In this document: in pieces, positions 50,776 to 61,962 of the stretch
Position numbering within the stretch: the stretch's first letter is position 1
How the letters are laid out: each line of letters opens with the position of its first letter
Origin: Malacoraja senta
Lineage: Eukaryota
DNA length: 64,000 nt
Direction: 5' to 3'
Assembly (NCBI GenBank): GCA_038087875.1
Contig: CM075988.1
Coordinates: 2,976,001-3,040,000, forward strand
Notes under the pieces: generated by a model
The model's input: the letters and a program-made list of their open reading frames with translations, nothing else
Database searches by the model: none
What the model was told of the DNA's origin: nothing
Program-made: the position numbers and the translations under genes

Positions 50776-51446
50776 TTAGATTAAATTAGATTAGATTTTA
50801 TTACTTGTCATTTGAACCTCAGAGAGGCTCAAACGAAACTCCATTTCCACAGCCATACAAACAAAACAATTCCAACACGACACACAAACAATTCAATTTA
50901 CAGAAAAACATCCATCACAGTGAATCTCCTCCTCACTGTGATGGAAGGCAAAGTCTTTTCTCTCACCTGCACCAATTTTCTCCCGATGTTAAAGCCCCAG
51001 GTGGGCAATGTCAAGTCCCACGGCCGTTGAGGCCACGCCGGGCGATGTAGAGCCTCGCTCCGGGCCCAAAAGTCACAAGTTGGAGCCCCCGGCGGGCGCT
51101 GGAATGTCCCACGGCCATTAAAGCCGCACCGGGCGATGTACGGCCCCGCTCCGGGTCGTTCCAACCCCGCGACTCGGGCTGGAGAAGTTGCGTTGTGGGA
51201 GCTCCGGAAAGCGGTCTCTCACCCGGACCCGCGAGCTCCCGATATCACAGTCCACCTGTCTGCAGCTGGAGCCTCCGAGCTCCCGAGTGAGCAGCGAGCC
51301 ACCACCGCTCCCAACGCTCCGAGGCCGGCCAGCCCCACGATGGTGAGTCCGCAGCTCCGCAGGTTCCGCGACTGGAGCCCCCAGGTCGTTCCAGTTGGAG
51401 GCCGCTCCATGGTGCTAGGCCCCAACGACAATGGAGACCCGACAGG
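50776..51446 (-). mobile_element. Non-coding GC-rich non-autonomous retroposon (element C), probably 5'-truncated
   Basis: The minus strand ends tttcg-tttgagcctc-tct-gaggttcaaa-tgacaagtaataaa-(tctaa)n. Shares the gactttgcc(t)tccatcacagtga...tcactgtg(a/g)tggatgttt hairpin with element B. Confidence 0.8.
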
Positions 51447-52669
51447 CAAGCCGTCTTAAATTACCACCTAAATGGAAGGGAAGAAGCGGGGGGGGCGGAA
51501 AGGGTAGGGGGGAATGGAGAATGAGGGATTGGGGCGGGAGGAGGGAAGTGGGGGGGAGAGGGGAGTTCAGTCTACACTCACTGAATCCATCCCTGTGAAA
51601 AGTTAGAGATGGTAATTGGAAAGCGGAACAATACATCTGTAAATAAAACTGGACAGACATCTTTTCGTTTGCATAAATGATTTTATTGTATTAATTTTAA
51701 TATATTAATGTTTAAAATCCATGCATAGAAGGAAGAATATTTTACAGCCCATCTGTGGTCCCTAACCTGAACCCAAACCCTAGTATTCACATCACTATTT
51801 TATGTTGAAGTTGATGTGATTATGTTGTTAGGTCAGGAGGACCATTAAAGGTGCACTGCACACACTAACACAGTCTATCAGTAACAGGCAACACACAAAA
51901 TCAAATCAACACAAAATATTTTCTAAAAAAGGTTTTGTTTACTGCAAAACTTACAGTATTTTATTTGCAGTTTTTGCATGCTCCTTTATAACATTTTACA
52001 TAACATTTTACAACAGTACAACTTGATTATTAAAACAAGGACAACAATTCTTGATTAAAAAAAAATGTTTACACCAATGATCCCAATCATCCCATTCCAC
52101 CCACTCATTACTCTTGACTCAACCAAAATTATTTCTGAAATATTGGTCATAAATTTGGTGCAAAAATGCTCCAAAATAAGGCTCAGGTTGCACCAGAGAG
52201 CATCTAAAACCCGAGACGCGAGGAGCTTCCCGCCTGTGATGTGCGCTGCATGCACATTAATTCACATAATTTTTTTGTAATCCTGTCATGCCACCCCCCT
52301 TTTTAAAAAGCTTCGTACCGGCCTGCATTGCCATTGCAGTTTCAAGCACAGGGTAGGCCAAACAACTCATTTCATTTTCATAAGGGGCTAACAAATCGTT
52401 TATTCAAGTACATTGCATACTCACAGTGTTCTGTAGTTTCCCAGCTCAGACAGAGAGTCGTGACCTCTCCCCCTTCCATCTTGCAGACAGACTGAGCCAC
52501 GCCCATACTTACGAGTTTTATAGTCCCTCCCCCCCTCCCACCGGAAGGGGCATGGCCTTCATGGCGGTGATTGACAGGAGAGAAAACCTCAAGATTTTTT
52601 AAACACTAATGTCTTTTACTTTTAATTGATGGGAAAAACCGTCGGGGCCTGCACAGCAAGCAAGCAGGC

Positions 52670-52698
52670 GGACGGACGGACGGACGGACGGACGGACG

Positions 52699-52736
<38 letters not shown>
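52670..52736. repeat. Compound microsatellite (GGAC)n(AGAC)n
   Basis: Directly visible. Confidence 0.97.
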
Positions 52737-53287
52737 TGCAGGAGGCCATTCGGCCCTTCGAGCCAGCACCGCCATTGATTGTGATCATGGATGATCGTCC
52801 CGTATCAATAATCCGTGCCTGCCTTCTCCCCATATCCCTTGATTCCACTAGCCCCTAGAGCTTTATCTAACTCTCTCTTAAACCCATCCAGTGATTTGGC
52901 CTCCACTGCCCTCTGTGGCAGGGAATTCCATAAATTCACAACTCTCTGGGTGAAATAGTTTTTTCTCACCTCAGTCTTAAATGGCCTCCCTTTTATTCTA
53001 AGACTGTGACCCCTGGTTCTGGACTCGCCCAACATCCTTCTAAACTCCAGTGAATACAAGCCTAGACTTGTCAATCTTTCCACATATGACAGTCCCAGGG
53101 ATCAATCTCGTGAACTCCACTGCCTCAATCACAAGGATGTCCTTCCTCAAATTAGGAGACCAAAACTGTACACAATACTCCAGATGTGGTCTCAACAGAG
53201 CCCTATACAACTGCAGAAGAACCTCTTTACTCCTATACAGAAATCCTCTTGTATGAAGGCCAACATTCCATTAGCATTCTTCACTGC

Positions 53288-53491
53288 TGTAGATGAGATA
53301 TGCATGTGCCTTTAATATAGTTACCTCATCACTACTAACCACTCCCCATATCACAAGTATAATTACAATCTCCCCACCCACATATCGCTCTCTAGTTTCC
53401 GTCACAGACCACGTACAACTAGTGCTCTCTGTAATGCTGCACTATGAATAAAAGAAGTAAAGTTACAGTGCGTCGATAACACTTCTTTACA
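53288..53491 (+). repeat. Gypsy 5' LTR
   Basis: tgtagatgag...ttctttaca; contains AATAAA; three substitutions relative to the 3' LTR. Confidence 0.98.
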
Positions 53492-53500
53492 TGGTGTCAG
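53492..53500 (+). promoter_or_regulatory. Primer-binding site TGGTGTCAG (tRNA-Leu-type 3' end)
   Basis: Lies immediately after the 5' LTR and is complementary to ...CUGACACCA. The match is only 9 nt. Confidence 0.75.
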
Positions 53501-53588
53501 TCCTCTTACCCTTGCGCCTCCTGTTTATCGGTTGTTTATTTGATTTTACCCCAGTTTTCTGTCCCCCCCCCCCTCTTATTTCCTCGCT

Positions 53589-56500
53589 ATGGCCACTTCT
53601 TGCCGCAAGCCCGATGTGCTAGTTTTCGATTCAGACATTGCCCATCAATGGGACGTCTTTAGACGTGACTTCAACCACTATGTCACAATCGCTCATCCTG
53701 CCGCCACACCAGAAGTCAAAGCTTCTCTGCTTCTCAACCTGGCTGGTCCCGATGCCCTGGCTCGGTCAGACTTCTTCGTCTACGATGCGGGTGAATCTGC
53801 TCGGGACCCGGTATGTTTGTTGGCTAAGTTTACCGCTATTTGCGACATTCCCTCTAACTGCATTTTAGAACGTTTTAAACTGTTCGGGCGGCGTCATGAT
53901 CCTGGTGAATCGGCCGAGAACTATGTCGCTGCTCTGAGACACATGGCCAGGCGGTGCCGCCTTGACACGCTGACCCCCGAGGAACTGACCAGGGACCTTC
54001 TGGTTTACGGTCTCCGCGATGAAAAGCTAAGGGCTGAACTTTTGCGCAGGCCCGACCTGTCTTTTAACAAGGCTATGCATGCCTGCCGTTTAGCCGAAGC
54101 TGTCACCTCGGCGGTGTCACCGGCTGATCATGACATTAACTTTGCCAGCGTTACCAGCCGTCGGCTGAACACGACCCCGCCACGACCCCCGGGGTCCGGC
54201 TTTGCTCCCGGGGGACGCGCCCAGCAGAGGTGCCCCAATTGTAACTTTGCTACTCATCTGTACAATGTATGCCCTGCTTTGGGTAAAACGTGCAATTACT
54301 GCAAGAAACTGAACCACTTTGCTGCTGCCTGCCGTTCCCGTGGGAAGCCTGTTGCTGCTCCAAGGCGTATGTTAAACAACTTGGTGCAAGCTGATAGCGA
54401 GCTCGGTTCCCAGTACCATTCCAACGAACTCCCTGTGTCTGACTCTGGGTCCTCTCAGGGGGAAACGAGCATATTTTCTCTGTTGGATGCACCTGCTGTG
54501 ATAACAGACCCTTCAGTTCGTGTAACTGTGAACAACTCGACCTTCACCGCTAAGATTGATACTGGAGCTGTTGCAAATGTTATCTCAACGAGCCTCTTCA
54601 AAAAGATAAGGACTAATGAGCAAGTTACTTCTGATCGCTCCACTTTGCATGCTTACGGGGGAGGGGTGCTTATTCCTGTGGGAAAGGCAACTCTGCGCTG
54701 CAAGATACTGGAAACCTCTCGGCCCCTCAGTTTCTATCTCCTTGATTCCAACTGCATTACCCTGTTGGGCATCCAAGCATGCCAGGACTTGGGCCTGGTC
54801 TCCTTCCACCGTGACATCCACAAGCTGCAGGCCCTCATGGACCCATTGACTGAATATCCTGACCGCTTTGATGAAGAGCTGGGCAAGCTGCCCTGCAACT
54901 ACAAGATTGTAGTCGACTGCAAGGTCGAGCCAGTGGTCCGTGCGCCACACCGTGTCTCCTTCGCCATGAAGGACAAAGTAGAACCGACGCTGCACAGCAT
55001 GGTGAAATTGGGCATCCTAAAGGCGGTCAGCGAACCCACCAGGTGGGTCTCAACCATGGTGGTTGCCGTGAAAAAGGACAAAAGCGAAATACGCATTTGC
55101 ATCAACCCCAAGGACCTCAACCTGGCCATCAAACGCCCGCACTACCCTATGAGAACAGTAGAGGACGTCGCTGCACAGGTTGGTCCGGCCACAATCTTTT
55201 CTGTCCTCGATGCCAAGAGCTCCTTCTGGCAGATACCGCTTGACGAGCAGTCCTCCATCCTGACGACTTTCAGCACCCCCTTCGGCAGATTTAGGTTCCT
55301 CCGAAAGCCATTCGGAATCAACTCTGCCAGCGAGGTGTTCCAACGGACAATGGAGCAGCTGTTTGCCGGTCTACCCTGCCCCATCATCGTTGACGACATC
55401 CTGGTCTACGGTAAGGATGTCGCCGAACACGACTTCCACCTCCGGCAAGTCCTAGACCGGGCCAGGAAGATCAATTTGAAACTGAACCCCAAGAAGTGCC
55501 GATTCCGCATCCCGGAGGTCACATATGTTGGACATGTATTCACAGCCTCGGGGCTGAAACCCGACCTGCAGAAAATGGCTGCCATCTCCGGGATGTCTTC
55601 ACCCACTGATGTGCCCAGCCTGCAACGTTTCCTAGGCATGATAAACTACCTGGGGAAGTTCATCCCCGACCTCAGCGAGCTCAGCGCACCCCTGAGGGAG
55701 TTGATAAAGAAGGACATGGCCTGGGCTTGGTTCCCTCAACACCAGAAAGCATTCGACATCCTTAAATCTAAGCTAATCAGTACCCCCACACTTAAATTTT
55801 TTGACCTGCAGCGTCCCATTATCCTCACCTCCGACGCCTCTAAGTTCGGGCTTGGTGCCGTTTGCCTACAGCTCCATGACGGCCTGCAGCTGCCGGTTTC
55901 CTTTGCGTCCTGCACCATGACCCCTGCCGAACAGCACTACGCTCAGATCGAGAAGGAGCTACTGGCCGTGTTGTTTGCCTGCTCCAAATTCAAGGACTAC
56001 ATTCTAGGCAACACTTTCACCATCGAAACTGATCACCAGCCGCTTGTCACCATTCTCAACAAATCGATCCACGTTGCCTCATCCCGACTGCAGCGCATGA
56101 TGCTGCAGCTCCAGCGCTTCACTTTCGAAGTTGTTTGTCGTAAGGGCAAAGACATGTTCGTGGCCAACACGCTGTCCCGTGCACCGCTAGCATCCACTGA
56201 TCGCCACCCCTATGAAATGTCTGACCTGATGGTGCTCAATGTGAATATTGTCCCTTCACAGCAGATGAAGTCCCTGGTCGAGCACACTGCCGATGATCCT
56301 GCCCTGCAACAGCTTTCTGCCATCATCCAGCAGGGCTGGCCCAACCGTCGTTCCGCTTTGCCGGCTGGCACCGTGCCCTACTTCCTGGTCCGTGATGAGC
56401 TCGTACTTCACGACGGCGTGGTTGTGAAAGGTCACAAGGTTGTTGTGCCTGCTGCTCTGCACGATCACTATTTTCAGGCTGCTCACCGCGGTCATCCTGG

Positions 56501-57727
56501 GGCCGAAGCCACCTTGTCTCACGCCCAGAGCCAGTTCTACTGGCCTGGTATGGCTCAATACATCCAGGAGAGGGACTCCTCGTGTTCCACCTGCAACAGT
56601 CTCGCCCCCCACCAGCAACGTAAGCCGCTTCTGCAGCAGCCTGCCCCCGAACTGCCCTGGATGGCGGTTGCCACTGACATTTTCGATTGGCGGGGCAAAC
56701 ACTTCCTGGTCGTGGTCGACTCCTACTCCAGCTGGTTCGAGGTTGACCAGCTGCACTCCCTCACCTCTTCGGCCGTTGTCGATAAGCTGGGCCGCCATTT
56801 CTGTACCTTGGCACCCCGGCCAGCCGGCAGTCGGACAATGGCAGCCAATTCACGAGCTCCGAGTTTAGGGGTTTCGCAACCCGCTGGAACTTCCGCCACT
56901 TCACCAGCAGCCCTGAGTACCCGCAAAGCAACGGTCTGGCCGAGCGCGCCATCCGCAGTGCAAAGAACTTGCTGGAACAATGTCACTTGTCTAACTCCGA
57001 TTTTTTTCTGGCCCTCCTTAACCTTCGCCACATCTCCTGCGACCCTGTCATGGGCTCCCCTGCTCAGCGGCTCATGTCTCGCACTACCAGACCACCGATC
57101 CCGGTGGCCCAGCGCTCCCTCATCCCCTCTGTCCTCAAGCCCGCTGCTGTCCAGGAACGCATTGCCTTTAAGCACGAGGTTCAGAAGCGCTCCCATGACA
57201 AGTCCTGCCGCCCCCTGCCGCGCCTTTTCCCCGGTCAGGTCGTCCGCATGCAGACCCCCTCCGGTCATTCCCGGCTCGCTACCGTCGTCGCCTCTGCTGG
57301 GTCGCCCAGGTCCTATCTCGTCGACCATGCGGGAACGGTCTACCGCCGGTCCCGCCAACACCTGCGGCTCGTCAATGAGCCACGGCCGCCGCCCGCGGAT
57401 CCTTTTGCTCCCCCTCTGCAATTTCGGCACCCGGGCGGTGCTCTGCCCACCACTCCTCGCATGCCACGGTCTCTACCCTCTCAGCTCTATCAGTCCAATC
57501 CTCCTCCGGCTCTCCCTCCCTCGCCTGCCCGCGCGCTGCCCGCTGCTGAACCCGCATCCTCTCCTGCCTTTCTGCCCTTGTCTTCTCCGTCCCCTCCCGG
57601 CTCCCCCGTTCCAGTTCGGCCGTCCGCACCTGTTCCTCTTCTTCCTGCCGGGAGGGAGGATGGCGAGATGCGAACACGGTCGGGACGTGTTGTCAAGCTG
57701 CCTGTCCGCTATGGTGACTTTGCTTAA
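53589..57727 (+). pseudogene. Gypsy gag-pol polyprotein with one frameshift in integrase
   Basis: Zn knuckle CNYCKKLNHFAAAC, protease IDTGA, RT IVDDIL, RNase H SDAS/IEKE/TDH, integrase HRGH..CSTC and TDIF. A 1-nt loss near 56808 moves SDNGSQF...QSNGLAER...TRSGRVVKLPVRY into the frame ending at 57727. Confidence 0.95.
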
Positions 57728-57786
57728 CCGTTTCTAGCGCATGAGACGTGGTCGCCCTGTCACGACCTTGTTTGCTTTTCGTTTCC

Positions 57787-57797
57787 AAGGGGAAGGA
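57787..57797 (+). promoter_or_regulatory. Polypurine tract AAGGGGAAGGA
   Basis: Directly upstream of the 3' LTR. Confidence 0.9.
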
Positions 57798-58001
57798 TGT
57801 AGATGAGATATGCATGTGCCTTTAATATAGTTACCTCATCACTACTAACCACTCCCCATATCACAAGTATAATTACAACCTCCCCACCCACATATCGCTC
57901 TCTAGTTTCCGTGACAGACCACGTACAGCTAGTGCTCTCTGTAATGCTGCACTATGAATAAAAGAAGTAAAGTTACAGTGCGTCGATAACACTTCTTTAC
58001 A
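57798..58001 (+). repeat. Gypsy 3' LTR
   Basis: 204-bp direct repeat of 53288-53491. Confidence 0.98.
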
Positions 58002-58922
58002 ACTGCCTACTGTACCTGCACGCCAACTTTCAGTGACTGGTGTACAAGGATACCCAGGTCTTGCTGTACCTCCCCCTTACCTAATCTAACCCCATTGAGA
58101 TAATAATCTGCCCCCTTGTTTTTGCCGCCAAAGTGTATATCCTCACATTTATCTATATTATATTGCATCTGCCATGCATCTGCCCACTCACTCAACCTGT
58201 CCAGGTCACCGTGCAACCTCCTAACATCCTCTTCGCAGTTCACACTGCCACTCAGCTTTGTGTCATCCGCAAACTTGCTAGTTTTGCTCCCAATTCCCTC
58301 TTCCAAGTCATTAATATATATGGTAAACAGTTGCGGCCCCAACACCGAGCCTTGCGGCACTCCACTCGCCACTACCTGCCATTCTGAAAAGGACCCGTTC
58401 ACTCCTACTCTTTGCTTCCCGTCTGCCAACCAATTTTCTATCCATGTCAACACCTTACCCCCAATACCATGTGCTCCAATTTTAGTCACAAGTCTCCCGT
58501 GCGGGACCTTATCAAAGGCTTTCTGAAAGTCTAGATACATTACATCCACTGGCTCCCCTTCATCCATTTTACTTGACACATCATCAAAAAATTCCAGAAG
58601 ATTAGTCAACCATGATTTCCCTTTCATAAATCCATGTTGACTTCGACTAATCCTTTTACTGCTATCCAAATGCCCCATTATTACCTCTTTAATAATTGAC
58701 TCCAACATCTTTCCCACCACCAAAGTCAGGCTAACTGGTCTGTAATTCCTCGTTTTCTCTCTCGCTCCTTCCTTGAAAAGTGGGATAACATTAGTTATCC
58801 TCCAATCCACATGAACTGATCCTGAATCTATTGAACATTGGAAAATGATCACCAATGTGTCCATTATTTCTAGAGCCACCTCCCTGAGGACCCTGGGATG
58901 CAGACCATCAGGCCCATGGGAT

Positions 58923-58956
58923 GCATACTAAATCTCGTTGCACTGACAATAAAAGA

Positions 58957-59004
<48 letters not shown>
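58923..59004 (+). mobile_element. Severely 5'-truncated retroposon tail ending in (ATT)n, inserted in CR1 ORF2
   Basis: aaatctcgttgcactgacaataaaagat(att)n. It has the same tgacaataaa plus short-tandem-tail signature as elements A-C. Confidence 0.75.
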
Positions 59005-60444
59005 CATCCTCAGTCCCATTAGCCTACCCAATACTATTTCTCACCTAATGAAAATTTCTTTCAGTTCCTCTACCCCCTTAGATCCTCTGTCCTCCAGTAC
59101 ATCTGGGAGATTGTTTGTGTCTTCCTTAGTGAAGACAGATCCGAAGTACCTATTCAACTCTTCTGCCATTTCCTTGTTGCCCATAATAATTTCACCCGTG
59201 TCTGCCTTCAAGGGACCCACATTTGACTTTGCTACTCTTTTTCCCTTAACATATCTAAAGAAGATTTTACTGCCCTTTATATTCCTGGCCAGCTACCCCT
59301 TGTACTTCATCTTTTCACCCCGCATTGCCCGTTTTGTTTCCTTCTGTTGTCCTATGAAAGTTCCCCAATCTTCTGGCTTCCGGCTACTCTTTGCTGTGTT
59401 ATACATCTTTTCTTTTAGTTTTATTCTATCCCGAACTTCTCTAGTCAGCTACGGTTGCCACCTACTCCCCTTAGAATCTTTCTTCCTTTTTGGAATGAAA
59501 TGATCCTGCGTTTTCCGGATTATGCCCAGAAATTCCTGCCATTGCTGTTCCACCGTCATTCCTGCTAGGATCCCTTTCCAGTCTACTTTGGCCAGCTCCC
59601 GTTTTAAAGTTCTCCTTCTCAATTTGCAGATGAAAACTAATCATATTATGATCACTACCTCCAAGCGGTTCCTTTACCTCGAGTTCTCTTATCATATCTG
59701 GTTCATTGGACAACACTAAATCCAGAATTGCCTTTTCTCTGGTCGGCTCCATTACAAGCTGCTCTAAGAATCCATCTCGGAGGCATTCGACAAACTCTCT
59801 TTCTTGGGGTCCTGAACCAACCTGATTTTCCAAGTCTACCTGCATATTGAAATCCCCCATCACCACAGTGGCATTACCTTTGTTACATGCCAGTTTTAAC
59901 TCCTGCTGCAACTTACACCCTACATCCGGGCTGCTATTTGGGGGTCTGTAAATAACAAAAATTATTGTCTTCTTGCCTTTACAATTCCTCAACTCAATCC
60001 ACAGTGACTCTATCTCATCAGTCACTATGTCTTCCCTCGCAAGGGACTGAATTCGCTCCCTCACCAGCAGAGCTACCCCCCACCCCCCTCCTCTGCGCAC
60101 CTGCCTGTCCTTTCTATAGGATGTATAACCCTGAATATTAAGTTCCCAGGTCCGATCCTCCTGCAGCCACGTCTAAGTAATCCCCACAATGTCATATCTA
60201 CCAACCTCTAACTGAGCCTCAAGCTCATCTACTTTCCTTCTTATACTTCGCGCATTCATATACAATACTTTTAATTCCTTACGCATCTCACCTTTCACAT
60301 CGATCCCTATTACACTTGGCCATACGCTTCTATCCCTTTGTGAGCTTCCTTTCCCATTAATTCTGGGGTCATTAACTATCCCTTTACTCTCTTTCCCTTT
60401 AACTCCATCCTCGACTATCCCATTTGATACCCCACACCCCTTAT

Positions 60445-61371
60445 TCAGTTTAAAACCACCCATGTAGCAGTGGCAAACCTGCCTGCCAGAATGCTGGTCC
60501 CCCAGTTGTTAAGATGCAATCCGTCCCTTTTGTACAGTTCCCCCTTACTCCAAAACAGATCCCAGTGATCTATGAATCTAAATCCCTGCCCCCTGCACCA
60601 GTTCCTCAGCCACACATTCAGGCCCCGTATCTCCCTGTTCCTGCTCTCGCCAGCACGAGGAACTGGAAGCAAACTGGAGATAACAACCCTGGAGGTCCTG
60701 CTTTTCAGCATTTTTCCGAGCTCTCTAAAGGCACACTGCAGAATATTCATCCCCTTCTTTCCGACCTCTTTTGTGCCGACATGCACTACCACTTCTGGCT
60801 GTTCACCTTCATCCTTGAGGATTTTCTGCACGCTGTCCGTGACATCCTGGATCCTGGCACCAGGAAGGCAGCACACCATCCTCGAATCCCGTCTATTGCC
60901 GCAGAAACCTCTGTCCATACCTCTCACAATGGAGTCTCCAACTACAATGGCGTTGCCTGACGTTGGCCTCTTTGGTTTTGGCTCAACAGCCCTTTTTGGT
61001 TCACAAGCCAGTCCGCCGCTCAGTGTGATAACGTCTTCTGTCCCGTCAGCTTCTAAGTGGGTGAACCTGTTCACAAGAGGTACAACTCCCCGGGACGTTT
61101 GCATTCCATGTTTCCCTCCCTTTCTCACCGTCACCCACCTTCTCTCTTCCAGTACCTTAGGTGTAACAATCTTACTGTAGGACTTGTCGAGGAACGACTC
61201 CGTTTCTCGGACGAACCTGAGATCATCCACTTGCTTCTCCAGTTCCCCAACATGGTCCTTCAGGAGCCGTACCTGGATGCACTTCTCACATTTGTAACAG
61301 CCAGAGGCACCAGCAGTGTCCTTGACCTCCCACATACTGTAAGCATCACACTGAATCAGCTTGCTTGACAT
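60445..61371 (-). CDS. CR1 ORF1p: N-terminal Zn-finger/coiled coil plus SGNH (GDSL-like) esterase domain
   Basis: Open 308-aa frame with CDAYSMWE...CEKC, VVGDSIVR, CLPGA, VHVGTKE and DGLHLN. A few substitutions fall at usually conserved positions. Confidence 0.9.
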   Translation of the reverse strand: MSSKLIQCDAYSMWEVKDTAGASGCYKCEKCIQVRLLKDHVGELEKQVDDLRFVRETESFLDKSYSKIVTPKVLEERRWVTVRKGGKHGMQTSRGVVPLVNRFTHLEADGTEDVITLSGGLACEPKRAVEPKPKRPTSGNAIVVGDSIVRGMDRGFCGNRRDSRMVCCLPGARIQDVTDSVQKILKDEGEQPEVVVHVGTKEVGKKGMNILQCAFRELGKMLKSRTSRVVISSLLPVPRAGESRNREIRGLNVWLRNWCRGQGFRFIDHWDLFWSKGELYKRDGLHLNNWGTSILAGRFATATWVVLN

Positions 61372-61435
61372 CTCCTTCTTTCGTCTCTCCCTCTCCAGCT
61401 TTTTGCGTAGCCTCCTCTCCTCCTCGCCGAAGACT

Positions 61436-61540
61436 CTCGAGCCAAAGACTCACACTCTTCTCACAGGGCACTCGAGCCAAAGACTCGCACTTTTCTCACA
61501 GGGCACTCGAGCCAAAGACTCGCACTTTTCTCACAGGGCA
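61436..61540. repeat. 35-bp tandem repeat x3 in the CR1 5' UTR (CTCGAGCCAAAGACTCGCACTTTTCTCACAGGGCA)
   Basis: Units start at 61436, 61471 and 61506. Confidence 0.95.
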
Positions 61541-61637
61541 CTTCCCTCACTACTGCTGCTCCCTAAGAGCCGTCTTGCTTATATTCACTGCTAAAATGCC
61601 TAATTTACCAATTTACAAACCGAATTCCTCAGTTTTA

Positions 61638-61859
61638 AACAGTTTTCCCCCTCTGACTCACTTCTAACTCTCCTCCCACTCGGGCTAGAGCCAATCAGTG
61701 CTTTCTCCTGCTTCTCTTTGTTGCTGTTGCTTCAAAATCCACAGGAGCACTGAGTAAAGTCTGCCTGTGCTTTGCCTCTCCTTTTCAACTGTTTTCCCCC
61801 TCTGACACTTCTAACTCTCCCACTCGGGCTAGAGCCAATCAGTGCTTTCTCCTGCTTCT
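61638..61859. repeat. ~75-bp direct repeat x2 containing CCAAT, at the presumed CR1 5' end
   Basis: gttttccccctctgac...ctcgggctagagccaatcagtgctttctcctgcttct at 61638-61716 and 61787-61859. Confidence 0.85.
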
Positions 61860-61865
61860 GTGCCT

Positions 61866-61866
<1 letters not shown>

Positions 61867-61939
<73 letters not shown>

Positions 61940-61960
61940 TAGATAGATAGTTAGATAGAT
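61867..61960. repeat. Compound microsatellite (AGAT)n(AGAC)n(AGAT)n
   Basis: Directly visible. Confidence 0.97.
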
Positions 61961-61962
61961 AT

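Larger units (their letters stand above)
53288..58001 (+). mobile_element. Ty3/Gypsy LTR retrotransposon (Mag/SURL-like), complete, 4,714 bp
   Basis: Two 204-bp TG...CA LTRs, 5-bp TSD actgc (53283-53287 / 58002-58006), PBS, PPT, and gag-PR-RT-RH-IN order. Confidence 0.98.
52805..60463 (-). pseudogene. CR1 ORF2 (APE endonuclease plus RT), disrupted
   Basis: YMNARSI, IVGIT, IYRPPN, MGDFN, SDHNMI, NYRPVSLT, LDFQKAFDKV, GVPQGSVLGP, KFADDTKL, and C-terminal TRGHSL...FTQRVVNLWNSLP. Contains stops, deletions and two insertions. Confidence 0.94.
52737..61860 (-). mobile_element. CR1-clade LINE, near full length, interrupted by a Gypsy element and a short tail insertion
   Basis: Minus strand carries a repeat-containing 5' UTR, esterase-type ORF1, EN-RT ORF2 and the CR1 3' end gctggctcgaagggccgaatggcctcctgc. 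The 5' boundary is approximate. Confidence 0.92.

Noticed and set aside
51760..51783. Interstitial telomeric repeat (ccctaacctgaacccaaaccctag)
   Set aside because: Only about four degenerate units; too short to distinguish from chance.
50741..52324. Single hAT element bounded by caggggttcg and cgtaccggcctg
   Set aside because: The ends match for only about 4 bp as inverted repeats, and no 8-bp TSD is visible.
56810..57737. C-terminal ~300 aa of the 1382-aa Gypsy ORF as a novel domain
   Set aside because: It is out-of-frame read-through after the 1-nt deletion; the real integrase continues in the frame ending at 57727.
58898..59503. 201-aa ORF with a poly-isoleucine run
   Set aside because: It is antisense to CR1 ORF2, and the run is the (ATT)n tail of a small insertion.
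53638..61368. Many short alternative-frame and antisense ORFs over the Gypsy and CR1 elements
   Set aside because: They are shadows of the real retroelement frames with no independent motifs.
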